A DNA stretch of 64,000 nucleotides, taken from IMG/VR virus record IMGVR_UViG_3300020685_000002. One strand, given 5' to 3'. The notes beneath the pieces were generated by a model. The model did no database searches, was not told the origin of the DNA, and saw nothing but the letters and a program-made list of their open reading frames with translations. Each line of letters starts with the position of its first letter. Positions within the stretch are counted from its first letter, which is position 1. The translations under genes and the position numbers were made by a program. The stretch is from a virus (lineage: Duplodnaviria; Heunggongvirae; Uroviricota; Caudoviricetes). Positions 28,181 to 38,381 of this stretch are shown here, in pieces.

Positions 28181-28519
28181 ATGCTTGACTATAAAGAGGA
28201 AATAGATTATACTTTCATTGAGGCTAATGGTGCTGCTGGTATAAAGATTATTAGTGGTAATTTTGAAGATGTAATTTATACATATTCTCGTGTTTCAATA
28301 TCAGAAGCAAAAGATGATGTTACAGATGAAGATCTTCCGGCAATGTTGAGTTTTAATTATGATATTGTTGATTCGTCTGGTTACACTGAAGAAGAGTTTC
28401 AGACAATTGAATTTAAAACTAAAATTGGTGATATTTTAATGTCAATTTTAGCAAAAAGTGCGGAGAATACTATTGAACTTGAACAAACTGATTCTAAAGA
28501 ATCTGCAATATTGGGATGA
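28181..28519 (+). CDS. Hypothetical acidic protein.
   Basis: 112 aa ORF with a ribosome-binding site (GGAGAAAATA ATG). Its 3' end overlaps the g41 start region. Confidence 0.4.
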   Translation: MLDYKEEIDYTFIEANGAAGIKIISGNFEDVIYTYSRVSISEAKDDVTDEDLPAMLSFNYDIVDSSGYTEEEFQTIEFKTKIGDILMSILAKSAENTIELEQTDSKESAILG

Positions 28520-29870
28520 TTATTCTCGAAAAGTTTTACCGTTTATAAAACAAGATTATTTTAGTGAAAGAAGTGAAAAATTAATATTTAATGAAATAAC
28601 TTCTTTCATTGGAGAATATGGTAATTTGCCAACTTATGAATCATTAATTATCCAATTAGAAAATAAATCTTTATCTGATGGAGAATATAGTGATGCAATT
28701 GGATTATTAAACGAGTTTCATGAATCGAAAGCAGAAACAGTTGAATTGGAATGGTTGATTGATAAAACAGAAACATTTTGTCAAGAAAAAGCAGTATATA
28801 ATGCTGTTGTTGAATCAATTTCAATTTTAGAAAATAAACATCCTGATTTATCTAAAGGATCTATTCCAAAATTGCTATCTGATGCATTAGCTATTTCTTT
28901 TGATTCTAGTGTTGGTCATGAATATGTTGATGATAGTGATTCGAGATATGAATACTATCATAGAACTGAAGAAAAAATTCCATTTAGTTTAAATTGGTTT
29001 AATAAGATAACAAATGGAGGTTTACCTAAGAAAACATTATCAATAATTCTAGCTGCTCCACATTCTGGAAAAAGTTTGATGATGTGCGATTTTGCAACAA
29101 GTTTTTATCAATCTGGTAAAAACGTTCTTTATATAACTGCTGAAATGGCAGAAGAAGAAATTGCAAAAAGAATTGATGCAAATTTATTAAATGTCTATAT
29201 GGACGATTTAATGAATATGACAAAAGCTCAATATGAGAAAAAAATAAATTTCGTAAAATCTAAAACTTCTGGAAAATTGTTTATAAAAGAATATCCAACA
29301 TCTTGTGCTTCTGTGACACATTTCAGAACTCTTTTAAATGAGTTAAGATTAAAAAAGAATTTTGTCCCTGATGTTATATTTGTTGATTATTTAAATATCA
29401 TAGCGTCTTCAAGAATGAAGATGTCGGGGGCAGTTAATTCCTACACATATATTAAAGCTATTGGTGAGGAATTAAGGGGTTTGGCTCAAGAGTTTAATGT
29501 TCCTATTGTGAGCGCCACACAGACCACCAGAGGCGCAGCAAATTCTAGTGATACCGATATGACCGATATCTCAGAAAGTTTCGGTATTGCTCATATTGCG
29601 GACTTTATGGTGTCTATTATTAACTCTGAAGAACTTCAAGAATTGAATCAATTGATGGTAAAACAATTAAAAAATAGATTTAGAGATTTAAATTTAAATA
29701 AACGTTTTGTTGTTGGAATTGATCGTGCAAAAATGAGGTTGTACGATGTTGAAGATTCAGCTCAAGACGGATTAGTTGATACTGGTTCTCCTGAACCTGA
29801 ATATAATGCTGCTTCTTTTGGAAGTAAAAAGAAAATAGATAAAAACTCATTTAGTGGATTCAAGGTATAA
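28458..29870 (+). CDS. 41: Replicative DNA helicase gp41 (DnaB-like). The precise start is uncertain.
   Basis: The N-terminus aligns to T4 gp41 (..YSRKVLPFIKQDYF vs ..YFSKVWPYMDSEYF). Walker A (AAPHSGKSL), a DnaB H3 motif (FVDYLNI) and an Arg finger are present. Confidence 0.8.
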   Translation: MRRILLNLNKLILKNLQYWDDYSRKVLPFIKQDYFSERSEKLIFNEITSFIGEYGNLPTYESLIIQLENKSLSDGEYSDAIGLLNEFHESKAETVELEWLIDKTETFCQEKAVYNAVVESISILENKHPDLSKGSIPKLLSDALAISFDSSVGHEYVDDSDSRYEYYHRTEEKIPFSLNWFNKITNGGLPKKTLSIILAAPHSGKSLMMCDFATSFYQSGKNVLYITAEMAEEEIAKRIDANLLNVYMDDLMNMTKAQYEKKINFVKSKTSGKLFIKEYPTSCASVTHFRTLLNELRLKKNFVPDVIFVDYLNIIASSRMKMSGAVNSYTYIKAIGEELRGLAQEFNVPIVSATQTTRGAANSSDTDMTDISESFGIAHIADFMVSIINSEELQELNQLMVKQLKNRFRDLNLNKRFVVGIDRAKMRLYDVEDSAQDGLVDTGSPEPEYNAASFGSKKKIDKNSFSGFKV

Positions 29871-29873
29871 AAT

Positions 29874-30209
29874 ATGGAAAAACGATATACAGTTGTTGGT
29901 GAAGATATTGATATATCTGATGGTTATCATACAATGTCAGAATTATATGCACATAGATGTACACTATTTGCTGCATTGTTAAAGTCTCACCCACAAGCTT
30001 CTTGGAAGAGTAAAAAACACAGCGATGGTACATCTTGGGATGGTTGGTTTATTGCTGGTATGAGATTACCAACAGGTGATGTTACATATCACCTTCCTGT
30101 AGACGAATTTTGGGAAATTCTTCCGATTGCTGAGTTGGAATTTGGTGTCGTTTGGGATGGTCATACATCTGATGATGTTGTGAGACGAATTATGGAATGG
30201 ATAAAATGA
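29874..30209 (+). CDS. Hypothetical protein.
   Basis: 111 aa ORF translationally coupled to g41. Confidence 0.4.
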   Translation: MEKRYTVVGEDIDISDGYHTMSELYAHRCTLFAALLKSHPQASWKSKKHSDGTSWDGWFIAGMRLPTGDVTYHLPVDEFWEILPIAELEFGVVWDGHTSDDVVRRIMEWIK

Positions 30210-30916
30210 GTAGTGCTGTTGTAATAATTCCAACAATTGGTTCTGTTGTTTTAGATCAAACATTAAAAAGTTTAGAGAATCAAACTCATAAAGATGTAAC
30301 AACATTAATTGTTGTTGATGGTCCTGAATATAAATCTAAAGTTGATAATATTATAGATAAACATCCAAATTTAAACAAACAGGTTGTTTATTTACAAGAA
30401 AATGTTGGCGCAAATGGATTTTATGGACAAAGAGTATATGCTGCATTTTCCCATTTAGTAAATAAAGATTATGTTTTCTATCTTGATCAAGATAATTGGT
30501 ATGAGCCTAATCATATTGAATATATGATTAATACAATAGAATCTACTGGATGCCAATGGGCATATAGTTTAAGAAATATATATTCTCCTGATGGCGATTA
30601 TTTGCTTCAAGATAATTGTGAAAGTTTGGGGAAATGGAACGCTTATACAAATACTAACATGGTTGATACTAATTGTTATTGTATTCCAAGAAATATAGCT
30701 GTAGAAATATCAAGATTTTGGCATTGTGGTTGGGGTGAAGATCGTGTTATTTTCTCTATTTTAAATGAACATTTTCCTAATTATGAATGTTCTGGTAAAT
30801 ATACAATAAATTATAGATTAGGTGGAAATGTGGGTTCTGTATCAAAAGATTTTTTTGAACAGGGAAACAGTGTAATTGATAGTCAATATAAAGGAAAATA
30901 TCCATGGGCGAAATAA
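30197..30916 (+). CDS. Glycosyltransferase family 2 (GT-A).
   Basis: N-terminal VVIIPTIGS pattern and a DQDN (DxD) motif. Confidence 0.55.
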   Translation: MDKMSSAVVIIPTIGSVVLDQTLKSLENQTHKDVTTLIVVDGPEYKSKVDNIIDKHPNLNKQVVYLQENVGANGFYGQRVYAAFSHLVNKDYVFYLDQDNWYEPNHIEYMINTIESTGCQWAYSLRNIYSPDGDYLLQDNCESLGKWNAYTNTNMVDTNCYCIPRNIAVEISRFWHCGWGEDRVIFSILNEHFPNYECSGKYTINYRLGGNVGSVSKDFFEQGNSVIDSQYKGKYPWAK

Positions 30917-31671
30917 AAATATTATGTTATATATTTTCTTGGAAAGGTCAGTTTGAAAATGCTGTCAAATTGCAAGAACAATTATCTCCGTTATTAGATG
31001 TAGTTGTAATAAATTCTGATGATGATAATACAAAAGAGGGTTGGATTAATATTGGGAACGAATGTTATTTTTCTGATCAGTTTAGAACTGCTCTAGATGC
31101 ATTTGATGATTCAAAATATGATGTTTTGTGGCATATTCAAGCTGATGCTTCTTATTCTGAGTGGGAACCAATTATAAAATCAGCAAGAGAAAGTTATAAT
31201 ACTTATAATTGGGGTGTATTTGCTCCAAATGTTAACGATACATTTTACATTTCAGAAAGAACTGATGTTTCAGATTTAGATGGAAATTTAAAACTTGTTG
31301 CAACAACTGATAATACTTGTTGGTTTATTCATAAAGATTATATTAATGCAATGAAAGCTAATTATCATTTAATGAGAGAAAATATTTTAGGTTGGGGTTG
31401 GGATTTAATTATTTGTGCTCTTAGTCATCTTGATGGTCGATATGTCATAAGAGATTATTCTTTCGAAGTTAATCATCCTACTTCAACAGGATATATGAAA
31501 GATAAAGCAGAGAAAGAAATGCAAGAAATGTTTCAAAAATGTGATTTAAAATTACAAGAAACTATTTATAATATTAAGGTAAAACCAAGAGAATTGGGAA
31601 AATTATATAATATTCAACAAGTTTCTAATTCTGCTGAAATAATTTATAATACTGCAACAGGAATTTATTGA
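30904..31671 (+). CDS. Hypothetical protein, possibly glycosyltransferase-like.
   Basis: The ORF lies inside the glycan island and is translationally coupled to its neighbours. No clear motif is present. Confidence 0.35.
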   Translation: MGEIKILCYIFSWKGQFENAVKLQEQLSPLLDVVVINSDDDNTKEGWINIGNECYFSDQFRTALDAFDDSKYDVLWHIQADASYSEWEPIIKSARESYNTYNWGVFAPNVNDTFYISERTDVSDLDGNLKLVATTDNTCWFIHKDYINAMKANYHLMRENILGWGWDLIICALSHLDGRYVIRDYSFEVNHPTSTGYMKDKAEKEMQEMFQKCDLKLQETIYNIKVKPRELGKLYNIQQVSNSAEIIYNTATGIY

Positions 31672-32510
31672 TGAAAATTTCATATTTAGATTTTTGGCCA
31701 GGATTTGATCCTTCTTCAAATTGGTTTAATTTACTATTGCGTGGTGCATTTCCTGACAGAGAAATAAAAATAACAGCACCTGAATATGCTGATGTTATTT
31801 TCTTTTCATGTTTTGGTAGTGAACATCAAGTATATAAAAATTCTAAAGCAATTAAAATTTTATATATTGGCGAAAATGAAAGACCCAATTATTCTGTTGC
31901 TGATTATTCGTTAAGTTTTGATTTTGATGATTATTCAGGAAGAAATTTTAGACTTCCTCATTGGTATCTATATATAAATTGGTGGGACGAACCAAATTTT
32001 CAACATGCTGAAATTCCATTGATTGCTTTGACTAAATGGATTGACTCTAAAGAAATTTGGAATAGAAAAGAATTTTGTTCTATAATAATTGGTAATCCAG
32101 TTCAAAATAGAATAGATACTGCAGCAAAATTAAACGAATTTAAACCTGTTCATGGATTTGGTAGGGTGTTTAATAATCCTGTAGATGATAAACTTAAACT
32201 TTTGTACAACTATAGGTGGAATATTTGTTTTGAGAATTCTATATATGATGGATATGTGACAGAAAAATTATTACAAGCTAAAATTTCTGGGTGTATTCCT
32301 TTATATTATGGATCTAATGCAGCTACTATAGATTTTAATAAAGATTGTTATCTTGATATTACAGGTCTTTCATTAGAACAAATTTATAAAAAAGTTGTAG
32401 ATATTGAAAATGATAAAAATCTATTTTTGGCTATTTCTTCTGAGCCATTATTTAATACTTTACCAACATTAGACCCATTATATAATTTTTTAAAGGATAA
32501 ATTAAAATAA
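31668..32510 (+). CDS. Alpha-1,3-fucosyltransferase-like (GT10 family).
   Basis: The GT10 signature WNICFENSIYDGYVTEKLLQAKISGCIPLYYG resembles the FxL/VxFENSxxxxYxTEK motif of FucT. Confidence 0.6.
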   Translation: MMKISYLDFWPGFDPSSNWFNLLLRGAFPDREIKITAPEYADVIFFSCFGSEHQVYKNSKAIKILYIGENERPNYSVADYSLSFDFDDYSGRNFRLPHWYLYINWWDEPNFQHAEIPLIALTKWIDSKEIWNRKEFCSIIIGNPVQNRIDTAAKLNEFKPVHGFGRVFNNPVDDKLKLLYNYRWNICFENSIYDGYVTEKLLQAKISGCIPLYYGSNAATIDFNKDCYLDITGLSLEQIYKKVVDIENDKNLFLAISSEPLFNTLPTLDPLYNFLKDKLK

Positions 32511-32511
32511 T

Positions 32512-33435
32512 ATGCAAAAAGATTTTTATGAAATAAATGATTTGATTGGTGAGCGATTACAATCTGGAGAACCATTTTCTGTTTTGCGTATTGATAATAC
32601 TGCTGGATATGTTCTTGATTGTTTACACGAAAAACAATCTCCAAGCGAAGAATTTTACAATAATTATACGTTAGTTGAAAGTGGAATTTATCCGACTGAT
32701 TTAAATTATTCATTTCAGGTTGTGATGCCTAAAACTATAGAAATGATGAAACAATGTAATATTTTAGGGTTTGTTGATGTTTCTGGTAAAATTAAAGCAA
32801 ATGAAAATAAATTTTTAGATCAATTCCCAGATAAACCCACATTTTTTGATTTTCATATTTTTGATGCTGGATATATAATGGGGTATTCTAAGTTTGGAAA
32901 ACTAGAAAATCCTTGGACAAAATATCTCAAAGGGAAAAAGGTTCTTATTATTTCTTCCCATGCAAAAACGATTTTACATCAATGGAAAAATATTAATAAA
33001 ATATGGGGCGATAGAGTAGAAGAAATAGTTCCTTTTGAATTGGTTGATGCAATCAGTACGCCATTTCATCCTGCTATTGATGATAGACAATATAAAGATT
33101 GTGGTGATTTTGAGCAATTAGTAAATATAACGAAAGATAGAATTGATCAATATGATTATGATGTATTATTAACAAGCGTTACAACACAATCTCCGTTTTA
33201 TGCAAATCATGCTAGAGAAAGAGGAAAGGTTGGTATACAAACTGGCGGTGCTTTACAGTTATTTTTTGGTATTTTAGGTGGAAGATGGTTGAATCCTGAT
33301 TATTATAATTATTGTTATCCATCACCAGAAAAATTATTTAATGAGTATTGGATTTATCCTCTTGAAGAAGATGAACCACAAAAACGAAACGAAATTGGAT
33401 TTCTTGAAACCTCAACTGCATATTGGAAAGTATAA
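32512..33435 (+). CDS. Hypothetical protein (glycan island).
   Basis: 307 aa ORF with no recognised motif. Confidence 0.35.
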   Translation: MQKDFYEINDLIGERLQSGEPFSVLRIDNTAGYVLDCLHEKQSPSEEFYNNYTLVESGIYPTDLNYSFQVVMPKTIEMMKQCNILGFVDVSGKIKANENKFLDQFPDKPTFFDFHIFDAGYIMGYSKFGKLENPWTKYLKGKKVLIISSHAKTILHQWKNINKIWGDRVEEIVPFELVDAISTPFHPAIDDRQYKDCGDFEQLVNITKDRIDQYDYDVLLTSVTTQSPFYANHARERGKVGIQTGGALQLFFGILGGRWLNPDYYNYCYPSPEKLFNEYWIYPLEEDEPQKRNEIGFLETSTAYWKV

Positions 33436-33438
33436 ATT

Positions 33439-34773
33439 ATGAATAATAATGATTTAAGTGAAATTTTAGCATCAGTAAAAAGTTATGCTGAAAATAATTT
33501 GTTGACAAAAAAATGGGAAGCTGGTATTGATTATGTAAATTATGCTGGTCCATTTTTTGATCATAATGAATATGTTGCTGCCGTAAATACTATTTTAAAT
33601 GGTTGGCTTGTGATGGGAAATGATAGTTTAAAATTTGAACATAAATTTCCTAAATTTTTTGGTAAAAATCATGGGATTCTAACAAATAGTGGATCTAGTT
33701 CAAATTTGTTAATGATGTATAGCCTAACAAGCAAAAACGGTCATAATTTCCCAAAAGGAACAAAAGTCTTGATGCCTATTGCTGGTTTCCCGACAACATT
33801 AAATCCGACACTTCAAGTTGGATTTGAACCTATATTTCTTGATATCGAATTAGATACTTTAAATCTTGATTTAACTAAAGCTGAAGACTTGATAAAAGAA
33901 CATGACATTAAAATAATAACATTTGCTCATGTTTTAGGTAATCCGCCAGATATGGACAAATTGATGGATTTAGTTAACAAATATAATTTGATTCTTTTGG
34001 AAGATTGTTGTGATGCTTTAGGTTCTAGTTATGATGGAAAACCATTAGGCAGTTTTGGTGAGATGGCTTCTTGTAGTTTTTATCCAGCACATCATATTAC
34101 AATGGGTGAAGGTGGATTTGTTTCTTGTAACACTAAAGAACAAGAAGTTATTTTAAGAAGTTTAAGAGAGTGGGGTCGTGGTTGTTATTGTGTTGGTCCC
34201 AAAGCAAATACCCTAAAATGTGGAACATGTAAAAATAGATTTAGTAATTGGATTCCAGCATTGGAAAATGAAACTTTTGATCACAAATATGTTTATGATG
34301 AAATTGGATTTAATTTAAAGCCTATTGAAATGCAAGCATCAATTGGTCTTCATCAAATTGAGAAATTGGATACTATTGGACAATTAAGAAAGAAAAATTA
34401 TAATCTGTTATTTCAAATTTATGAAAAATATGAAGAATTCTTTCATCTTCCAAGAGCTAGAGATAAATCTGATGTGAGTTGGTTTGCTTTTCCATTGACT
34501 ATTAGAAAAGGTGCTCCATTTACACGATTTGAGTTTGTTAATTATCTTGAAAATAAAAAAATTCAAACTAGACCATATTTTGCTGGAAATATTATGTTAC
34601 AACCTGCGTATACACATATTATGGATACAAATACTGCAAAAGTGAATTATCCAAATGCAACATATACTACTACACATACATTATTCCATGGAACAAGTCC
34701 AGTAATTAGCGATGATCAAATTGCCTATATAAAAATAGTAGTAGATGATTTTATGAAACAGTTTATAGGATAG
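33439..34773 (+). CDS. DegT/DnrJ-family PMP-dependent sugar 3-dehydratase, RfbH/DdhC (E1)-like.
   Basis: The aminotransferase class-V-like fold is present. The PLP-Lys position reads His (SFYPAHHITMGEGG). A Cys cluster, CYCVGPKANTLKCGTC, matches what is expected of an E1 iron-sulfur site. Confidence 0.55.
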   Translation: MNNNDLSEILASVKSYAENNLLTKKWEAGIDYVNYAGPFFDHNEYVAAVNTILNGWLVMGNDSLKFEHKFPKFFGKNHGILTNSGSSSNLLMMYSLTSKNGHNFPKGTKVLMPIAGFPTTLNPTLQVGFEPIFLDIELDTLNLDLTKAEDLIKEHDIKIITFAHVLGNPPDMDKLMDLVNKYNLILLEDCCDALGSSYDGKPLGSFGEMASCSFYPAHHITMGEGGFVSCNTKEQEVILRSLREWGRGCYCVGPKANTLKCGTCKNRFSNWIPALENETFDHKYVYDEIGFNLKPIEMQASIGLHQIEKLDTIGQLRKKNYNLLFQIYEKYEEFFHLPRARDKSDVSWFAFPLTIRKGAPFTRFEFVNYLENKKIQTRPYFAGNIMLQPAYTHIMDTNTAKVNYPNATYTTTHTLFHGTSPVISDDQIAYIKIVVDDFMKQFIG

Positions 34774-34776
34774 GTT

Positions 34777-35463
34777 ATGATTTTATTGGCATCTATTCAT
34801 ACCCCATTAAATGGGTATGAACAAAATGATTTTTCTGAAGTTGCAAATATTACTTGGAATTTAAATAAGGTAAATTATGCTAAAAAACATAATTATCTTG
34901 CAATAAGTAAATCGAATGGTTTTTATAATGTTCAAATAGGGTTTGAAAAAATAATTTTTCTTTATGATTTGTTAGTTAGCGTTCCTCAGTGTTCTTGGAT
35001 TTGGTGGACTGGTTGTGATACACTAATTACAAATTTTAATGTTAGAGTTGAAGAAAAGCTTGAAGAAGCATTAAACATAAATCCAAACGCAAATATTATT
35101 ATGAGTGGTGATTTTAATTTCCCTATTAATAGTGATTCTATTTTGATTAAAAATACTGAAGAATCGAAATTGTGGTTAAAATTTATACTTGATAATTTTG
35201 AGGTATATTCACAAAAACCATATTTTGAACAAGAATGTATGATTGATTTTTTATCAAATTTTGATAAACTGATTCAAATAATGCCACAAAATTTTATGAA
35301 TAGTTATGATGAAAATTCGGCTGATAGTGAAAAGATAAAATTTGATACAAAAGGTAATAGAGGTAATTGGGAAAAGGGTGATTGGTTACTACATCTTGCT
35401 GGAATTAGCTGGCAAAAACGTGCCCAATTGGTTAAACAATATTCTAAAGAAATAATATATTAA
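34777..35463 (+). CDS. Hypothetical protein, putative nucleotide-sugar transferase-like.
   Basis: A WIWWTGCD motif is reminiscent of the GT34/DUF273 family. This is a weak call. Confidence 0.3.
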   Translation: MILLASIHTPLNGYEQNDFSEVANITWNLNKVNYAKKHNYLAISKSNGFYNVQIGFEKIIFLYDLLVSVPQCSWIWWTGCDTLITNFNVRVEEKLEEALNINPNANIIMSGDFNFPINSDSILIKNTEESKLWLKFILDNFEVYSQKPYFEQECMIDFLSNFDKLIQIMPQNFMNSYDENSADSEKIKFDTKGNRGNWEKGDWLLHLAGISWQKRAQLVKQYSKEIIY

Positions 35464-35464
35464 T

Positions 35465-36091
35465 ATGAAAGATCAAGAACTTATTGAATTTGAAAACAAA
35501 GTTGCTGATTTGTTTAATAATAAACAAATTAGAGCTCCTATCCATTTATATCATGGAAATGAAAAGCAAATACAAACAGTATTTGAAAAAATAGATACTG
35601 AAAATGACTGGGTTTGTTGTACATGGAGAAATCACTATCAATGCTTATTAAAAGGTGTTCCTGAAGAATTGTTGATAGAGAAAATCCTTGCTGGTAAAAG
35701 TATGGTAATAAACTTGGAACAATATAAAATTGTATGTTCAAGTATTGTTGGTGGAATTCCTAGTATTGCAGCTGGTATTGCAAAAGCAATCCAACTTAAA
35801 GAAGAAAAATCTAGAGTCTGGTGTTGGTTAGGGGATATGAGTGCTGAAACTGGAGCTTTTCATGAAGCATATAAATATGCTGTTGGATTTAATCTTCCAA
35901 TAACATTTATTGTTGAAGATAATGGATTAAGTGTTACATCTCCAACTTCAGAAATTTGGGGTAGACAAACTCCTTGGTATTTACCTGAAGAGTTTACTGG
36001 TGATAAATTTGAATCAGAACATTTAATATACTACAAATATAAAAACGAAAAATATCCTCATGCTGGTGCTGGGGTTAGGGTGGAATTTTAA
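35465..36091 (+). CDS. TPP-dependent enzyme, alpha (N-terminal, TPP-binding) subunit (transketolase or E1-alpha-like).
   Basis: TPP-binding motif LGDMSAETGAFHEAYKYAVGFNLPITFIVEDN (GDG-N24-N type). Confidence 0.55.
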   Translation: MKDQELIEFENKVADLFNNKQIRAPIHLYHGNEKQIQTVFEKIDTENDWVCCTWRNHYQCLLKGVPEELLIEKILAGKSMVINLEQYKIVCSSIVGGIPSIAAGIAKAIQLKEEKSRVWCWLGDMSAETGAFHEAYKYAVGFNLPITFIVEDNGLSVTSPTSEIWGRQTPWYLPEEFTGDKFESEHLIYYKYKNEKYPHAGAGVRVEF

Positions 36092-36092
36092 T

Positions 36093-36635
36093 ATGAATGA
36101 ACAACAATTATATAATAATGAATTGATCGCTGCCATGAAATGGCTTTCTGAGCAAGAAAATACTTTATTTTTGGGTCAGGCTGTTAAATATCCAGGAACT
36201 GGATTATTTCAAACATTACATTCTGTTCCTGACGAATTGAAACTTGAATTTCCTGTTACCGAAAATTTACAAATAGGATTTAGTATTGGAATGGCATTAA
36301 ATGGTATTGTTCCAATTTCTATTTTCCCAAGGTGGAATTTTCTTGTTTGTGCCGCCGATCAACTCGTCAATCATTTAGATAAATTGCCGTCAATGAGTCT
36401 TGGTGAATATAACCCAAAAGTTATCATTAGAGTTGCTGTTGGGTCAGAATTACCTATCGATCCACAAGACCAACATAAAGGTAATTTTTCTGAAGGATTT
36501 AGAAATTTGTTTAAACATGTAGATATTATTGAATTACACACACCTGATGATATTTTAAAAAGTTATCAGTATGCATATAATAGAACTGATAATAAAAGTA
36601 CAATATTAGTAGAATTTTCTGATTATGGAAAATGA
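36093..36635 (+). CDS. TPP-dependent enzyme, beta (pyrimidine-binding/C-terminal) subunit.
   Basis: A transketolase C-terminal/E1-beta-like region is present. The start codon directly follows the alpha-subunit stop. Confidence 0.5.
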   Translation: MNEQQLYNNELIAAMKWLSEQENTLFLGQAVKYPGTGLFQTLHSVPDELKLEFPVTENLQIGFSIGMALNGIVPISIFPRWNFLVCAADQLVNHLDKLPSMSLGEYNPKVIIRVAVGSELPIDPQDQHKGNFSEGFRNLFKHVDIIELHTPDDILKSYQYAYNRTDNKSTILVEFSDYGK

Positions 36636-37419
36636 TTCTGATATTTTAATATTAGGATCTACAGGATTTATTGGTAATTTTCTTTCAAAGAATTTAAATT
36701 GTGTTTCATTGTCTAGAAACGATGTCAATTTTTTGGATTTTGATTCTTTGTATAAATGTATAAAAAAAATAAAACCAAAAGTTGTTGTTAATTGTGCGTC
36801 TAATGTTGATACCCAATTAACAACATTTAAATTTGAATGTTTCCATGAAAACTTAACATTATATAATAATATATATAAAATGAAAGACGAATTTGAATTT
36901 GTTCTTCATTTTGGTTCTGGGGCTGAATTTGATAGATCTTCTTCTATTGATTATGTTAAAGAATACGAAATCTTTAAAAAATTCCCAAAAGATCATTATG
37001 GTTTTAGTAAAAATATAATTTCAAGAAATATTTATGAGGTTGATAATTTTTATAACCTTAGATTATTCGGTTGTTTTCATGGCTCAGAAAAATCTAGATT
37101 GTTGTATAAGGTATTATTAGAAGATAATATAATACTAGAAGATAAGTTGTTTGATTATTTTTGGTTGAATGATGTTCTTGAAGTTATAAATTATTATTTA
37201 AATCCGAAAAACGAAAAAATAAAAGATTTGAATTTGGTATATAAAGAAAAATATCTGTTAAGTGAGTTTGTAAATAAATTTTTAACATTCCATAACATTC
37301 AAAAAACAATTAAATTCAAAGATTCACATATAAATTATACAGGTTCGTCTAAAGTATTAGATTCATTAAATTTAAATTTTGGCGGTATTGAAAAGGGCAT
37401 TAAGGATTATTTTAAATGA
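36625..37419 (+). CDS. NAD(P)-dependent sugar epimerase/reductase (SDR; RmlD or 4-reductase-like).
   Basis: Rossmann motif LILGSTGFIGNFL. Confidence 0.5.
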   Translation: MENDSDILILGSTGFIGNFLSKNLNCVSLSRNDVNFLDFDSLYKCIKKIKPKVVVNCASNVDTQLTTFKFECFHENLTLYNNIYKMKDEFEFVLHFGSGAEFDRSSSIDYVKEYEIFKKFPKDHYGFSKNIISRNIYEVDNFYNLRLFGCFHGSEKSRLLYKVLLEDNIILEDKLFDYFWLNDVLEVINYYLNPKNEKIKDLNLVYKEKYLLSEFVNKFLTFHNIQKTIKFKDSHINYTGSSKVLDSLNLNFGGIEKGIKDYFK

Positions 37420-38363
37420 AAAAGATTATTTATATTACAGGATGTCTAGGGTTTATAGGTTCTGAAATAACAAGAGCATATTTAGATAAAGGTTGGTATG
37501 TTATTGGTGTTGATAAAGTCACATATGCTGCAAATGAATCATTAATACCAGAATTTGAATCATATTCAAATTTTAAATTTATAAAATCAGATATAAACGA
37601 TTTAGAATATCTTTATGATTGTGATTATATTATTAACACAGCAGCCGAAACACATGTAGACAATTCTATAATAAGTTCTAGCGAATTTTTAAATAGTAAC
37701 ATTAATGGTGTGCATCATCTATTGGAGTTAATAAAACAAAAACATAAATTTAAAATGCCAACATTACTACATTTCAGTACTGATGAAGTTTATGGTGATA
37801 TAGTTGATGGGTTTCATAAAGAATATGATTTATTAAAACCTTCAAATCCTTATTCGGCAACAAAAGCTTCTGCGGATATGCTTGTTCTTGCATGGAATAG
37901 AACTTTTAATATTCCTTATGTTATTGTACGTCCAACAAATAATTATGGTATTGGTCAGTATGTTGAAAAATTAATACCTAAAACATGTAAATATCTGCAA
38001 TTAGATAGAAAAATTCCTGTACATGAAAATGGAAAACCAAAACGAACTTGGTTACATGTTTCTGATACTGTTTCAGCAGTTATACATATAATTGAATCGG
38101 GAGTAACAAATTCAATTTTTAATATTTCTGGAAATTATGAAGATGAGAATATTAAAGTAGTTGACAAAATCATAAAATTATATTATAATACTTCTATAGA
38201 TTATAATAATTATGTTGATTTTAAATATAATAGGATTGGTCAAGATGTTAGGTATGCTATTGATGATTCAAAATTAAAATCTCTTGGATGGAATCCTGTT
38301 GCAAATTTTGATTTAGAATTAGAGAAAATTGTTGAATATAATAAAAATCACTTTATATGGTGA
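37416..38363 (+). CDS. NDP-sugar 4,6-dehydratase or epimerase (extended SDR).
   Basis: Rossmann motif TGCLGFIGS, catalytic YSATKAS (YxxxK) and an STDEVYGD motif. Confidence 0.6.
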   Translation: MKKIIYITGCLGFIGSEITRAYLDKGWYVIGVDKVTYAANESLIPEFESYSNFKFIKSDINDLEYLYDCDYIINTAAETHVDNSIISSSEFLNSNINGVHHLLELIKQKHKFKMPTLLHFSTDEVYGDIVDGFHKEYDLLKPSNPYSATKASADMLVLAWNRTFNIPYVIVRPTNNYGIGQYVEKLIPKTCKYLQLDRKIPVHENGKPKRTWLHVSDTVSAVIHIIESGVTNSIFNISGNYEDENIKVVDKIIKLYYNTSIDYNNYVDFKYNRIGQDVRYAIDDSKLKSLGWNPVANFDLELEKIVEYNKNHFIW

Positions 38364-38381
38364 TTAATTGAAGGTGAACTT

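Noticed and set aside
28181-28519. Treating ORF 28181-28519 as the N-terminus of gp41 joined by a frameshift.
   Set aside because: The gp41 N-terminal homology (..YSRKVLPFIKQDYF) lies in the frame of 28458-29870 and not in the 28181 frame. They are separate genes that overlap.
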